This document shows positions 24,784 through 33,714 of a stretch of 43,993 nt of DNA, one piece after another (positions within the stretch are counted from its first letter, which is position 1; each line of letters starts with the position of its first letter). The translations under genes were made by a program, and so were the position numbers. A model generated the notes under the pieces. That model was not told the origin of the DNA. It saw nothing but the letters and a program-made list of their open reading frames with translations, and did not search any database. The stretch lies in contig CAINDV010000247.1 of assembly GCA_903847485.1 (NCBI GenBank), positions 1 through 43,993 of the forward strand. The letters run 5' to 3'. This DNA comes from an uncultured Verrucomicrobiota bacterium (lineage in GTDB: Bacteria; Verrucomicrobiota; Verrucomicrobiia; Limisphaerales; JAJXZI01).

Positions 24784-26171
24784 GAACAAACATCCACCTC
24801 CACACTCACCTCGTCGCCAGCGCACTGTTGCTAACTTCCCCAATACCGCTGCGCGCTGCGGATGCGCCGCCGCCGCGCAAACCTAACATCATCTTCATCC
24901 TGGGTGATGACTACGGCACCGGCGAAGTGAGTTGCTACGGCGCGGATAACTACAAGACGCCGAACCTTGACGCCCTTGCCCGCAGCGGCCTGCGTTACAC
25001 CCATGCTTACACCGCGTCGCTATGCGGACCGTCCCGCGCCATGATCCTGACTGGTCGCTACGCCTTCCGCACCGGCGCGGTGAACCAAGACCAGACCGGG
25101 CTGTTCACGCCTGCTGCCGAAACTATGACGCCGAAAGTGCTGAAACCCGCCGGCTACGTTTCTTCCGCTATCGGCAAATGGGGCCAACTCCCGCTCGGCC
25201 CGGCGGAGTTCGGTTTCGACGACTACCTGAAATTCCAGGGGAGCGGGGTTTATTGGAACACCCAGGATAAAGGCAAAACCTACGTCGTGAACGGCGAGAG
25301 GCGGAACCTGCGCGACAAAGAATACCTGCCTGACTTGATGCACCAGCATCTCATCAACTTCATTACCAAGCACCGGGACCAACCGTTTTACATCTATTAC
25401 TCCCTCTCCCATGTCCACGCCGAAATCCTGCCCACCCCCGACAGTGCGCCGGACAGCAAGGATGTCTATGCCGACAACATCGCCTACATGGACAAGCTCA
25501 TCGGTAAGTTGGTCGCCGAACTTGACCGCCTGAAGCTGCGCGAGAAGACGCTGCTCGTTTTCATGGGCGACAATGGCACGGCCAATCCGAGGGCGCCTCG
25601 CGCGACCATCGGCGGACGCCGTCTGTCCGGTGCCAAAGGCTCGATGCTTGAAGGCGGCGGCTTGGTGCCGCTGATTGCCAATTGGCCTGGCGTAACTCCC
25701 GCCGGCAAGATCACGCAAGACTTTGTAGATGCGGCCGATCTTCTTCCGACCTTTGCCGAGTTGGCCGGCGCGAAGCTGCCCGAAAAGACGATCATTGACG
25801 GCCGCAGCTTTGCCGCCCAGCTACGTGGTGAGCAAGGCCAACCACGCGATTGGATCTATAACCAACTCGCGAAGATGTGGTACGTCCGGACCTCCGGCTG
25901 GAAGTTGACTCAGGCAGGGGAACTCTTCGACATGAGTGACGCTCCGTTTGCCGAGAAGCTTGTCGCCGCCGACACGCAAGACCCCACGACGATCGCCGTC
26001 CGCAAACGCCTCCAGGCCGCGATCGATCAGTTGAATCCCGCCGGCGGCATTCAGGATGAAGGCGACGGCACCGGCCGGCACGCCAATAAGAAACCCAAGA
26101 AGCCGGCCAAAATTACTCCGACGGCCGACAAAGAAGAGTCCTTCGATAGCGAGGCGCAAACCAATCTCTGA
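24780..26171 (+). CDS. Formylglycine-dependent sulfatase (arylsulfatase family)
   Basis: 463-aa ORF. Signal-like N-terminus, PNIIFILGDDYG, and the FGly motif SLCGPSRAMILTGRY (C-x-P-x-R). Its ATG overlaps the upstream stop. Confidence 0.9.
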   Translation: MRTNIHLHTHLVASALLLTSPIPLRAADAPPPRKPNIIFILGDDYGTGEVSCYGADNYKTPNLDALARSGLRYTHAYTASLCGPSRAMILTGRYAFRTGAVNQDQTGLFTPAAETMTPKVLKPAGYVSSAIGKWGQLPLGPAEFGFDDYLKFQGSGVYWNTQDKGKTYVVNGERRNLRDKEYLPDLMHQHLINFITKHRDQPFYIYYSLSHVHAEILPTPDSAPDSKDVYADNIAYMDKLIGKLVAELDRLKLREKTLLVFMGDNGTANPRAPRATIGGRRLSGAKGSMLEGGGLVPLIANWPGVTPAGKITQDFVDAADLLPTFAELAGAKLPEKTIIDGRSFAAQLRGEQGQPRDWIYNQLAKMWYVRTSGWKLTQAGELFDMSDAPFAEKLVAADTQDPTTIAVRKRLQAAIDQLNPAGGIQDEGDGTGRHANKKPKKPAKITPTADKEESFDSEAQTNL

Positions 26172-26176
26172 ATCCC

Positions 26177-27775
26177 ATGACTCAGCATTCAACTAAGAAC
26201 TTTAACGCCATGAAACGAACCCAGCCGCTACTCACCGTGATCGTCTCGCTCGGCGTCCTTACCACTGGCATTGCCGCCGACACCGCGCCGCCGAAACCCA
26301 ACATCCTATTCATCGCCGTGGACGATCTGCGGCCAGAGTTAGGTTGCTACGGCAAGGATTACATCAAGAGTCCGAACATTGACCGCATCGCCAAGGCGGG
26401 CATGGTTTTCAATCGCGCCTACTGTCAGCAGGCGGTCTGCTCGCCGACGCGGTCCAGCCTGATGACTGGCACGCGGCCGGACACGACTAAGGTGTGGGAT
26501 CTTGTTACACACTTCCGCACGGCCCTGCCCGAGGTTGTGACACTCGGCCAACACTTCAAGCAGCACGGCTATTTCGTCCAAGGCATGGGTAAGATCTATC
26601 ACGGTAACTTCGACGACGCGCCAACCTGGAGCGTGCCGTGGCAAACGCCCAAAGCAATCAAGTATGCGCTCGCCGAAAATCGCACGCTGGATCAGCGCCA
26701 ATTTGAAGGCGAACCGGACGGTGACGCGAAGCCGGTTGCCAAGAAGAAGAAGGCCAAGACTGCCAGCACGCCCGATGGCCCGCCCTCGACCGGGCCTAAC
26801 TCTCGCGGCCCGGCCTTCGAAGGCGCGGACGTACCGGACAATACCTTCCAAGATGGCAAGGTGGCCGAGCTTGCTATCTCCACCTTACAGGACCTCATCA
26901 AAAAGAAAGAGCCGTTCTTCCTCGCGGTGGGTTTCATTAAGCCGCACCTGCCGTTCGTGTCCCCAAAGAAATACTGGGATCTCTATGATCCCGCAACCAT
27001 CCAACTCGCGCCTAACAAGTTCCGCCCGAAGGACGCACCCGACTACTCCATCCTGTCCGGCGGCGAACTGCGTAACTACCACGATATCCCCGCTGGCTCA
27101 ATCCCCGATGACCTGGCCCGCCAGCTCAAGCATGGCTATTACGCCGCGGTTAGTTACATGGATGCGCAAGTGGGCAAGGTGCTCGACGAACTCGACCGTC
27201 TTGGTCTGCGTACTAATACCATTGTCATCCTGTGGGGCGACCACGGCTGGAAACTCGGCGAACACGACGCCTGGTGCAAACATAGCAACGTGGAGAACGA
27301 CGTGAACGCGCCGCTGCTGCTCTCCGTGCCGGGCATGAGAAACGCCGGAGCACACACCGACGCGTTAGTAGAGTTAGTGGACATCTATCCCACCCTATCC
27401 GAACTAGCCGGCCTGCCATTGCCGGGTCATTTGGAAGGCACCAGCTTCAAGCCGTTGCTCGAGGATCCGAAGCGCCCGTGGAAGTCAGCCGCGTTCAGCC
27501 AGTATCCTCGCACTGCCAGTAAGTCGGGTGTCGGAGCTTTAATGGGTTACTCAATGCGCACTGATCGCTATCGCTTCACCGTCTGGGTGAGCAGGACCGA
27601 TCACTCCAAGGTGGACGCCGTCGAACTCTACGACCAACAAAAAGATCCGCAGGAGAATACCAACATCGCCAATGACCCAGCCAACGCCGAACTTGTCAGC
27701 CGCCTGATGGATCAATGGCGCAAAGGTTGGTCAGGTGCGAAGCCCGCCACCGTGCGCGACGCGAAACCGCTTTAG
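26177..27775 (+). CDS. Formylglycine-dependent sulfatase (iduronate-2-sulfatase-like)
   Basis: PNILFIAVDDLRPELGCYG and the FGly motif AVCSPTRSSLMTGTRPD, plus WGDHGWKLGEH. An alternative ATG at 26210 (MKRTQPLLTV...) gives a cleaner signal peptide. Confidence 0.9.
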   Translation: MTQHSTKNFNAMKRTQPLLTVIVSLGVLTTGIAADTAPPKPNILFIAVDDLRPELGCYGKDYIKSPNIDRIAKAGMVFNRAYCQQAVCSPTRSSLMTGTRPDTTKVWDLVTHFRTALPEVVTLGQHFKQHGYFVQGMGKIYHGNFDDAPTWSVPWQTPKAIKYALAENRTLDQRQFEGEPDGDAKPVAKKKKAKTASTPDGPPSTGPNSRGPAFEGADVPDNTFQDGKVAELAISTLQDLIKKKEPFFLAVGFIKPHLPFVSPKKYWDLYDPATIQLAPNKFRPKDAPDYSILSGGELRNYHDIPAGSIPDDLARQLKHGYYAAVSYMDAQVGKVLDELDRLGLRTNTIVILWGDHGWKLGEHDAWCKHSNVENDVNAPLLLSVPGMRNAGAHTDALVELVDIYPTLSELAGLPLPGHLEGTSFKPLLEDPKRPWKSAAFSQYPRTASKSGVGALMGYSMRTDRYRFTVWVSRTDHSKVDAVELYDQQKDPQENTNIANDPANAELVSRLMDQWRKGWSGAKPATVRDAKPL

Positions 27776-30327
27776 TGAAACCCTCTTCACCTTCGAGCCT
27801 GCGAGGACTCCTCGTTGCTGGACTTACCGCAGCTTTCGCCAACCTAGGTGGCGCGGAGTTAGAACAGCGACTTAGCGTCGGCTGGGAGTTCTATCAAGGC
27901 TCGCTCGGCAGCCCTTGGGAAATCTGGCGGGGCAGCGAGGCCAGCGACAATGTCACCTGGACGCCCGTCACGCTGCCCCATTGTTTCAATGCCCGCGACG
28001 CGGTTGACCCCGACGAGCGCTACTATCAAGGGCCGGGCTGGTATCGCACCCGGCTCAAGCTGGCGAATCCTTTTCTGAACGGCCGTACCTTGCTGCACTT
28101 CAATGGTGCGGGGCAGAAGTCACAAGTATTCATCGGCTTAGACAAGGTGGGCGAGCATCTGGGCGGTTACGATGAATGGACTGTGGACATTACCGAGGCG
28201 GCGGCCAAGGCGGGCAGCAAGGGAGAAGTGCCGCTGGCCGTCCTATGTGACAATTCACGCGACGCCGAAAGCATTCCTTCCGATCTCAGCGACTTTAATC
28301 GCTACGGCGGTCTTTACCGCCATGTTAGTCTTGGGTATGTCCCAGCGATTGCGGTGGAACGTGTCCATGTCGGGCCGACGCTGGCGGCGGCTGGCAAAGC
28401 TTCGGTGAAGGTGCGCGCCCGCCTTTACAACCCGACTAAGTTGAAAGGCGAAGTCGAACTATTGCTCGAAGTCCGCGACCCGCAAAGCAACGTCGTCCAT
28501 GCTGCCACACAAACTGTCGAAGCCTGGGGAGGAGAGAAAGAGGTCGCCGCCTTTGAAATCGCCGCGCCGCAACTGTGGTCGCCGAAATCGCCAGCGCTCT
28601 ATCGCTGTGCCGTCACGACTAAGTCGTCGCACGGGCGGCAACAAGTGGTCGAGCGCTTCGGCGTGCGGTCGGTTGAATGGATCGAACACGGGCCGTTCAA
28701 GTTGAATGGTGAGCGATTGACGCTGCGCGGCACGCATTACCACGAGGACCATGCCGGCGTGGCGGCGGCGGTGCCCGATGAGGTTGTGCGCCAGACACTG
28801 CAGGCGATCAAAGATATGGGCGCTAACTTCGTCCGCCTCGGCCATTACCAGCAAGCGCCGTTGGTGCTCAAACTCTGCGACGAACTCGGCCTGCTCGTCT
28901 GGGAGGAGATACCTTGGTGTCGTGGCGGCTTAGGTGGCGAACGTTACCGGCAGCAATGCCGCGACATGTTGGGCAACCTGATTGACCAGCACTATAACCA
29001 TCCGTCCGTGATACTCTGGGGCTTAGGCAATGAGAACGACTGGCCGGGTGACTTCGGGAAGTTCGACACCAATGCCATTCGCGGCTTTATGGCTGAGTTG
29101 AACACCTTCGCGCAGCAGCTTGATCCTTCGCGCCAGACCAGTATTCGCCGATGTGACTTCTGTAAGGACATAGTGGACGTCTATTCACCGAGCATCTGGG
29201 CCGGTTGGTATTCGGGCCGTTACCACGAGTATCGCGCGGCGGTGGAGAAGGCCATCAAGGACACCCCGCATTTCTTCCATGCCGAGTATGGCGGCGATAG
29301 CCACGCCGGCAGGTACAGCGAAGACCCCGAGATATTCCTCACCCAAGTAGCCACTGGCGAAGGCATGGCGGAGGTGGGCAAGGCTTACAAAGCTATTGGT
29401 GGCAAGGCGCGCGCCTCGAAAGACGGCGATTGGTCGGAGAGTTACATTTGCAATCTCTTCGACTGGCACCTCAAGGAACAGGAGCAGATGACGAATCTTA
29501 CCGGGGCGGCACAGTGGATCTTCAAGGACTTTTCCACGCCGCTGCGCCCAGAGAATCCCGTTCCGCGTGTGAACCAGAAGGGCCTCGTCGAGCGCGACGG
29601 CACGCCGAAGGAGAGTTACTACGTCTTCCAGAGCTACTGGGCGGAGAAGCCGATGCTCCATCTTTACGGGCATACCTGGCCGGTGCGCTGGGGCGAACCG
29701 GGCGAGGAGAAGTTAGTCAAAGTGTATGCTAACTGCCGCGAGGCCGAACTCTTCGTCAATGGTCAGTCGGCCGGTGTGAAGCAGCGTCACAGCACTAACT
29801 TTCCCGCCGCCGGCCTGCGCTGGTTGGTGAAGTTCAACGCCGGCACCAACACCCTCCGCGCCGTCGGCCGCCGCGACGGCAGCGAAGTCAGCGACGAAAT
29901 CAGTTTCGCGTATCAGACCGCCAAGTGGGGCCAGCCGACTAAGTTGACTCTTCGTGAAATCGCGCAGACCAACGGTGTCGCCACTATCGAGGCGCGCGTG
30001 TTCGACAAGGCTGGCGTGCCCTGCCTCGACGCCGCCAACCTTATGCGCTTTGGCCTCACTGGCGACGCCCGTTTGCTCGACAACCTCGGCACCTCGACCG
30101 GCTCGCGTGCCGTCCAACTCTACAACGGTCGCGCGCGGATCGGCATGCAATTCGGGGGTAACAAGGCCATCGCCAGTGTGTCGAGCGAAGGCTTGCGCAC
30201 CGCGTTTCTCAACGTCACTAACGCTGCGACGACCGTCGCGACCAGCGATGGCCGAGTCAGTGCCAGCCCATTTGCCAAGTCAAAGAGTAAAGCGGGCGGG
30301 AAGACTTCGGCAACCTCGGCCAAGTAA
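27775..30327 (+). CDS. Glycoside hydrolase family 2 (beta-galactosidase/beta-glucuronidase-like)
   Basis: LWSPKSPALYRC, LRGTHYHEDHAG, NFVRLGHYQQAP, WEEIPW and NHPSVILWGLGNEND are GH2 sugar-binding and TIM-barrel signatures. The GTG at 27775 overlaps the sulfatase TAG and gives a signal-like LRGLLVAGLTAAFANLGGA. The ORF track start is 27715. Confidence 0.87.
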   Translation: MKPSSPSSLRGLLVAGLTAAFANLGGAELEQRLSVGWEFYQGSLGSPWEIWRGSEASDNVTWTPVTLPHCFNARDAVDPDERYYQGPGWYRTRLKLANPFLNGRTLLHFNGAGQKSQVFIGLDKVGEHLGGYDEWTVDITEAAAKAGSKGEVPLAVLCDNSRDAESIPSDLSDFNRYGGLYRHVSLGYVPAIAVERVHVGPTLAAAGKASVKVRARLYNPTKLKGEVELLLEVRDPQSNVVHAATQTVEAWGGEKEVAAFEIAAPQLWSPKSPALYRCAVTTKSSHGRQQVVERFGVRSVEWIEHGPFKLNGERLTLRGTHYHEDHAGVAAAVPDEVVRQTLQAIKDMGANFVRLGHYQQAPLVLKLCDELGLLVWEEIPWCRGGLGGERYRQQCRDMLGNLIDQHYNHPSVILWGLGNENDWPGDFGKFDTNAIRGFMAELNTFAQQLDPSRQTSIRRCDFCKDIVDVYSPSIWAGWYSGRYHEYRAAVEKAIKDTPHFFHAEYGGDSHAGRYSEDPEIFLTQVATGEGMAEVGKAYKAIGGKARASKDGDWSESYICNLFDWHLKEQEQMTNLTGAAQWIFKDFSTPLRPENPVPRVNQKGLVERDGTPKESYYVFQSYWAEKPMLHLYGHTWPVRWGEPGEEKLVKVYANCREAELFVNGQSAGVKQRHSTNFPAAGLRWLVKFNAGTNTLRAVGRRDGSEVSDEISFAYQTAKWGQPTKLTLREIAQTNGVATIEARVFDKAGVPCLDAANLMRFGLTGDARLLDNLGTSTGSRAVQLYNGRARIGMQFGGNKAIASVSSEGLRTAFLNVTNAATTVATSDGRVSASPFAKSKSKAGGKTSATSAK

Positions 30328-30618
30328 CTCAATTGGCTGTCTTGCGCGGAAACGGCGACCGGGTTTTTCCCTCAGCCTCAGACATCCTGACCCGCAGCTT
30401 CGGTTGGCATAGACGCAAAGAATGGGCGTGCGACTCCTCACCCAGTCCTCACGACCATTGAATTAAGCCCGAATTCCGAAGTCATTACCATCCGGTTGAG
30501 GCGTAAGGTGGCTATTGGAAGAGGTTGGTTTTGAGGGAACTGGGCGGCCAGGTGAATGGGAGCGATTTGAACGCAGTTCGGCCGTTTCCTTGAGCCAACT
30601 TCCTGCCCTGCTGGGGCG

Positions 30619-30934
30619 ATGCATACCGGAAAAATGGTTTCCGCCCAACTTATGGAATGGATTCACCCCGAGCAATTCCGCCGCTGCCTGGGGCGTTACC
30701 AAGGCCAGCACAAGGTCCGTAACTACTCTTGTTGGGATCAATTTCTTGCCCTGACCTTTGCGCAGGTCACTGAGCGCGCGAGCCGAGCCGACATTGAAGT
30801 CTGCTTGCGCTCGCACCGGGCTCAACTCTACCACCTGGGTTTGCGCTCCGCTGTGGCGCAGAGCACGCGGGCCGACGCCCAGGCTTCACGCGCCTGGCGC
30901 CGCTACGCCGACCTAGCTCAAGGTCTGCTTGGGA
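30619..30934 (+). mobile_element. Truncated IS4-family transposase (DUF4372-type N-terminal domain only, DDE domain missing)
   Basis: MHTGKMVSAQLMEWIHPEQFRRCLGRYQGQHKVRNYSCWDQFLALTFAQVTERASRADIEVCL...LYHLGL...RAWRRYADLAQGLL matches the N-terminal ~105 aa of DUF4372-containing IS4-family transposases. The similarity ends near 30934, and no catalytic domain or second end is present. Confidence 0.7.
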
Positions 30935-31030
30935 AAAACCAGCACCGGGTTGGCCAGACAGGCAGCCGAAAAACAGGAACCATGCGCTGGCATTCTCTCT
31001 CCTTGGGGGCAACTGCCGTTTAGTTGCGGC

Positions 31031-31618
31031 TCAGGCGAGGTTCGCGGTGCTGGCGCTGACGAGGAATTCGAGTTCCGTCACGGCGCGGTCCAGTTCGGCG
31101 ATCAACTCGTTCGTGCCGCCTTGGCGGAAGGCGTTGGTGACGGCGCGGTAATACCAGAGCGTGCCTTCCCGGCCGCCGTGGAATTTCTGCCAGACTGCCT
31201 CGCCGTGCGCCCGGTAATGATGCAGGATGGCGCGGACGTTGTAGAGCTTGTCGGCGGCGGAGACGAGCCGCGTCCCGGTGCCAGCGTGGGCTACGTGGGC
31301 GAGGTAAGCTTCCTTGCGCTCGCGCCAAGGCGGCTTGACGTGCGCGTCGGAGTCGGTGCAGCCGGCGACGATTTCCGCCACGACCGGCCCGAAGCGCTGG
31401 CGGATGTCGGCGAGCCGGCCTTGGCCGCCAGCGTCTTCGACCGCGTCGTGCAACAGCGCGGCGATGGCTTCCTCCTCATTGGCCCCGTATTCCAGGGCGA
31501 TGCTGGCGACGCCGAGCAGGTGGGCCAGATACGGCACGCCGGTGCCTTTGCGAAGATGGCCAGCGTGGACGATCGCCGCGTAGTGTAGCGCCTGGTCAAA
31601 TTGGGGTGAAAGATTCAT
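31031..31618 (-). CDS. HD-domain phosphohydrolase (small SpoT/RelA-N-terminal-like HD protein)
   Basis: ALHYAAIVHAGHLRKGTGVPYLAHLLGVASI...AIAALLHDAVEDAGG gives the H...HD...D motif. The ATG at 31618 (MNLSPQF) is preferred over the longer ORF-track start at 31690. Confidence 0.8.
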   Translation of the reverse strand: MNLSPQFDQALHYAAIVHAGHLRKGTGVPYLAHLLGVASIALEYGANEEEAIAALLHDAVEDAGGQGRLADIRQRFGPVVAEIVAGCTDSDAHVKPPWRERKEAYLAHVAHAGTGTRLVSAADKLYNVRAILHHYRAHGEAVWQKFHGGREGTLWYYRAVTNAFRQGGTNELIAELDRAVTELEFLVSASTANLA

Positions 31619-31673
31619 GCAAAGGTTGGGGGCGTCTTGTCCGGGACGAGGCCAGCCGGGGTGGGAACGCCGT

Positions 31674-32774
31674 TCATAGTCCGACATCAAACGGGTCGGC
31701 GGTCAACTCCCGCTTGCTCAGAACCTTCACTTTAACGTCCTCCATCAAGACCAGCGAATTCGGTTCCACGCTGTGCTGGAGGAAGACATTTGCCCCGATC
31801 GTGCTCCCCGCGCCGATGATCGTTTCGCCGCCTACGATGGTTGCGCCAGCGTAGATCGTGACCCGGCTCTCGACCGTCGGATGCCGCTTGACGGTTCGCA
31901 GCTTGCGCCCCGCTGAGAGCGAACGCGCCACCAAACCCACGCCCTGATACATCTTCACATGATCGCCGATCACCGCCGTCTCGCCGATCACCGTGCCGGT
32001 GCAGTGGTCCACGAAGAAATGCGACCCGATCCGCGCCCCCGGATGCAGATCCATTCCCGTCCGGCTGTGCGCCCATTCGGTCATGATGCGCGGAATCAGC
32101 GGAATGTCCCGCAGGTACAGTTCGTGAGCCATGCGCTGGACGGCAATGGCCTCGATGAACGGGTAGGCCACAATGACCTCCTCGCGGCTCAGCGCGGCCG
32201 GGTCGCCATTGTAGGCGGCCTCGGTGTCGGACTGGAGCAGTTCCCGCAGGCACGGCAGGGAAGCGAGGAATTCCAGCGCCGTCGTTCGGGCCAAGGCGGG
32301 CAACTCGTCCGCCGGCAAGTCCGGCGGCGGGTGGTATTCCAGGCTCTTGCGCAACTCATCCTCCAGGCTCACCGCCACGCTCTCCAGCAGCTTCATCGTC
32401 TCCGCCCCGATGGCCGAGGAATGCACCACCCGGTCGTCGAAAAAACCGGGGAACAGCAGGCGCAGCAGGTTCCGCGTGACGACGGCAATAGCCTTCTGCG
32501 ACGGCAGGTTGTTGCCATCCAGATGGTTGATGCCCCCGAGGCGGGCGTAGGATTCCACCAGACTTTCGGTCAGGCGCGCGACAGTCAATTGCACGGGCCA
32601 AGTATTCGGCAGCGGGGCCGGGGACGCAAGCCGCGCGCGGCGGAAACGCGGGAGCACCGTCCGCTCCCACCAACAATCCAGTCCCTCTGGCCAGTTACCC
32701 GCGAAACCTGTGAACAACTTTTTTGTGGAACGGCTTGCAATCGCTTCCCCGGTGCCAATAATCGCCCCACGCAA
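31674..32774 (-). CDS. cysE: Serine O-acetyltransferase (long form)
   Basis: AAYNGDPAA...[18 protein letters not shown], then the hexapeptide-repeat region [40 protein letters not shown]...[27 protein letters not shown]. The start is uncertain; an alternative GTG lies at 32594. Confidence 0.85.
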   Translation of the reverse strand: MRGAIIGTGEAIASRSTKKLFTGFAGNWPEGLDCWWERTVLPRFRRARLASPAPLPNTWPVQLTVARLTESLVESYARLGGINHLDGNNLPSQKAIAVVTRNLLRLLFPGFFDDRVVHSSAIGAETMKLLESVAVSLEDELRKSLEYHPPPDLPADELPALARTTALEFLASLPCLRELLQSDTEAAYNGDPAALSREEVIVAYPFIEAIAVQRMAHELYLRDIPLIPRIMTEWAHSRTGMDLHPGARIGSHFFVDHCTGTVIGETAVIGDHVKMYQGVGLVARSLSAGRKLRTVKRHPTVESRVTIYAGATIVGGETIIGAGSTIGANVFLQHSVEPNSLVLMEDVKVKVLSKRELTADPFDVGL

Positions 32775-32830
32775 GAGTCAGCCACTTGCCCGCAACCGTG
32801 GTTGGTTTAGCGTCGAGCCGACACGCATTT

Positions 32831-33643
32831 ATGCCCTGCACACCATCACGTTCTCAGGACGATGCTCCTGACCTCGCCGCGGGCTGCCGCACGCTGCGGC
32901 GCTCCGCGGCGTTCACGCTGATCGAATTGCTGGTGGTCATCGCCATTATCGCCATCCTTGCCGGACTGCTCCTGCCCGCGCTGGCCAAGGCCAAGGCCAA
33001 GGCGCAAACCATCTCCTGCCTCAACAACCAACGCCAGTGGTCGCTGGGCCTCCGCATGTATGCTGACGAATTCAAGGACGAAGTCCCCGAGGAAGGCAAC
33101 ATCGGCTCATCCATCGCCGACCCCGTGAACGCCGACGCCTGGTACAACTCCGTCAGCCCCTACGTCGGCTCCAAGTTCACCTTGGTGGACCTCTACATCG
33201 CCACCCCACCCACCCCCCCGCTGCCTGGCAGCCGGAGCATCTTCTCCTGCCCGGCCGCCGCCCAGCCCGCCGTCACCCCCAGCCTGATGCGCGCCTACTT
33301 CATGCTCGGCGAAAACAGCCGCCTCTGCATTAACAAGGACACCCGAGCCGCCGGCGTCCGGCAGACCAGAATCTCCTCCGTTACCAAGCCCACCGACACC
33401 GTTTTCATGGCGGAAGTGGACGGCAACCCCGCCAATCCTAACGCCGCTATCGCCAGCACAACCGGCTATTATGCCATTGGTCGCCACGACCGGCGAGGCA
33501 ACTTCGCCATGCTTGACGGCAGCTCCCGCACCGTCCGCACGAACGACTTCCTCCGCACCCAGACGGAGGCCAATTCGGCCTCCGAGGAGTGGAAAATTGA
33601 ACGGAAGATTTATTGGTATCCCACCGCAGACACGCAGAATTGA
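32831..33643 (+). CDS. Prepilin-type N-terminal cleavage/methylation domain protein (pseudopilin-like, H-X9-DG class)
   Basis: [35 protein letters not shown], and a C-terminal [13 protein letters not shown] that fits H-X9-DG exactly. The ATG at 32831 is preferred over the TTG at 32786. Confidence 0.85.
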   Translation: MPCTPSRSQDDAPDLAAGCRTLRRSAAFTLIELLVVIAIIAILAGLLLPALAKAKAKAQTISCLNNQRQWSLGLRMYADEFKDEVPEEGNIGSSIADPVNADAWYNSVSPYVGSKFTLVDLYIATPPTPPLPGSRSIFSCPAAAQPAVTPSLMRAYFMLGENSRLCINKDTRAAGVRQTRISSVTKPTDTVFMAEVDGNPANPNAAIASTTGYYAIGRHDRRGNFAMLDGSSRTVRTNDFLRTQTEANSASEEWKIERKIYWYPTADTQN

Positions 33644-33714
33644 CTTCGCCAGCCTGCCTAGCCGAACCGCTTTTATTAATCCCTAAACTTAACAATCAAC
33701 ACCCTCCGCATTCT

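Noticed and set aside
30463-30834. 123-aa minus-strand ORF overlapping the IS remnant.
   Set aside because: It is antisense to the clearly recognisable DUF4372 transposase N-terminus and has no motifs of its own.
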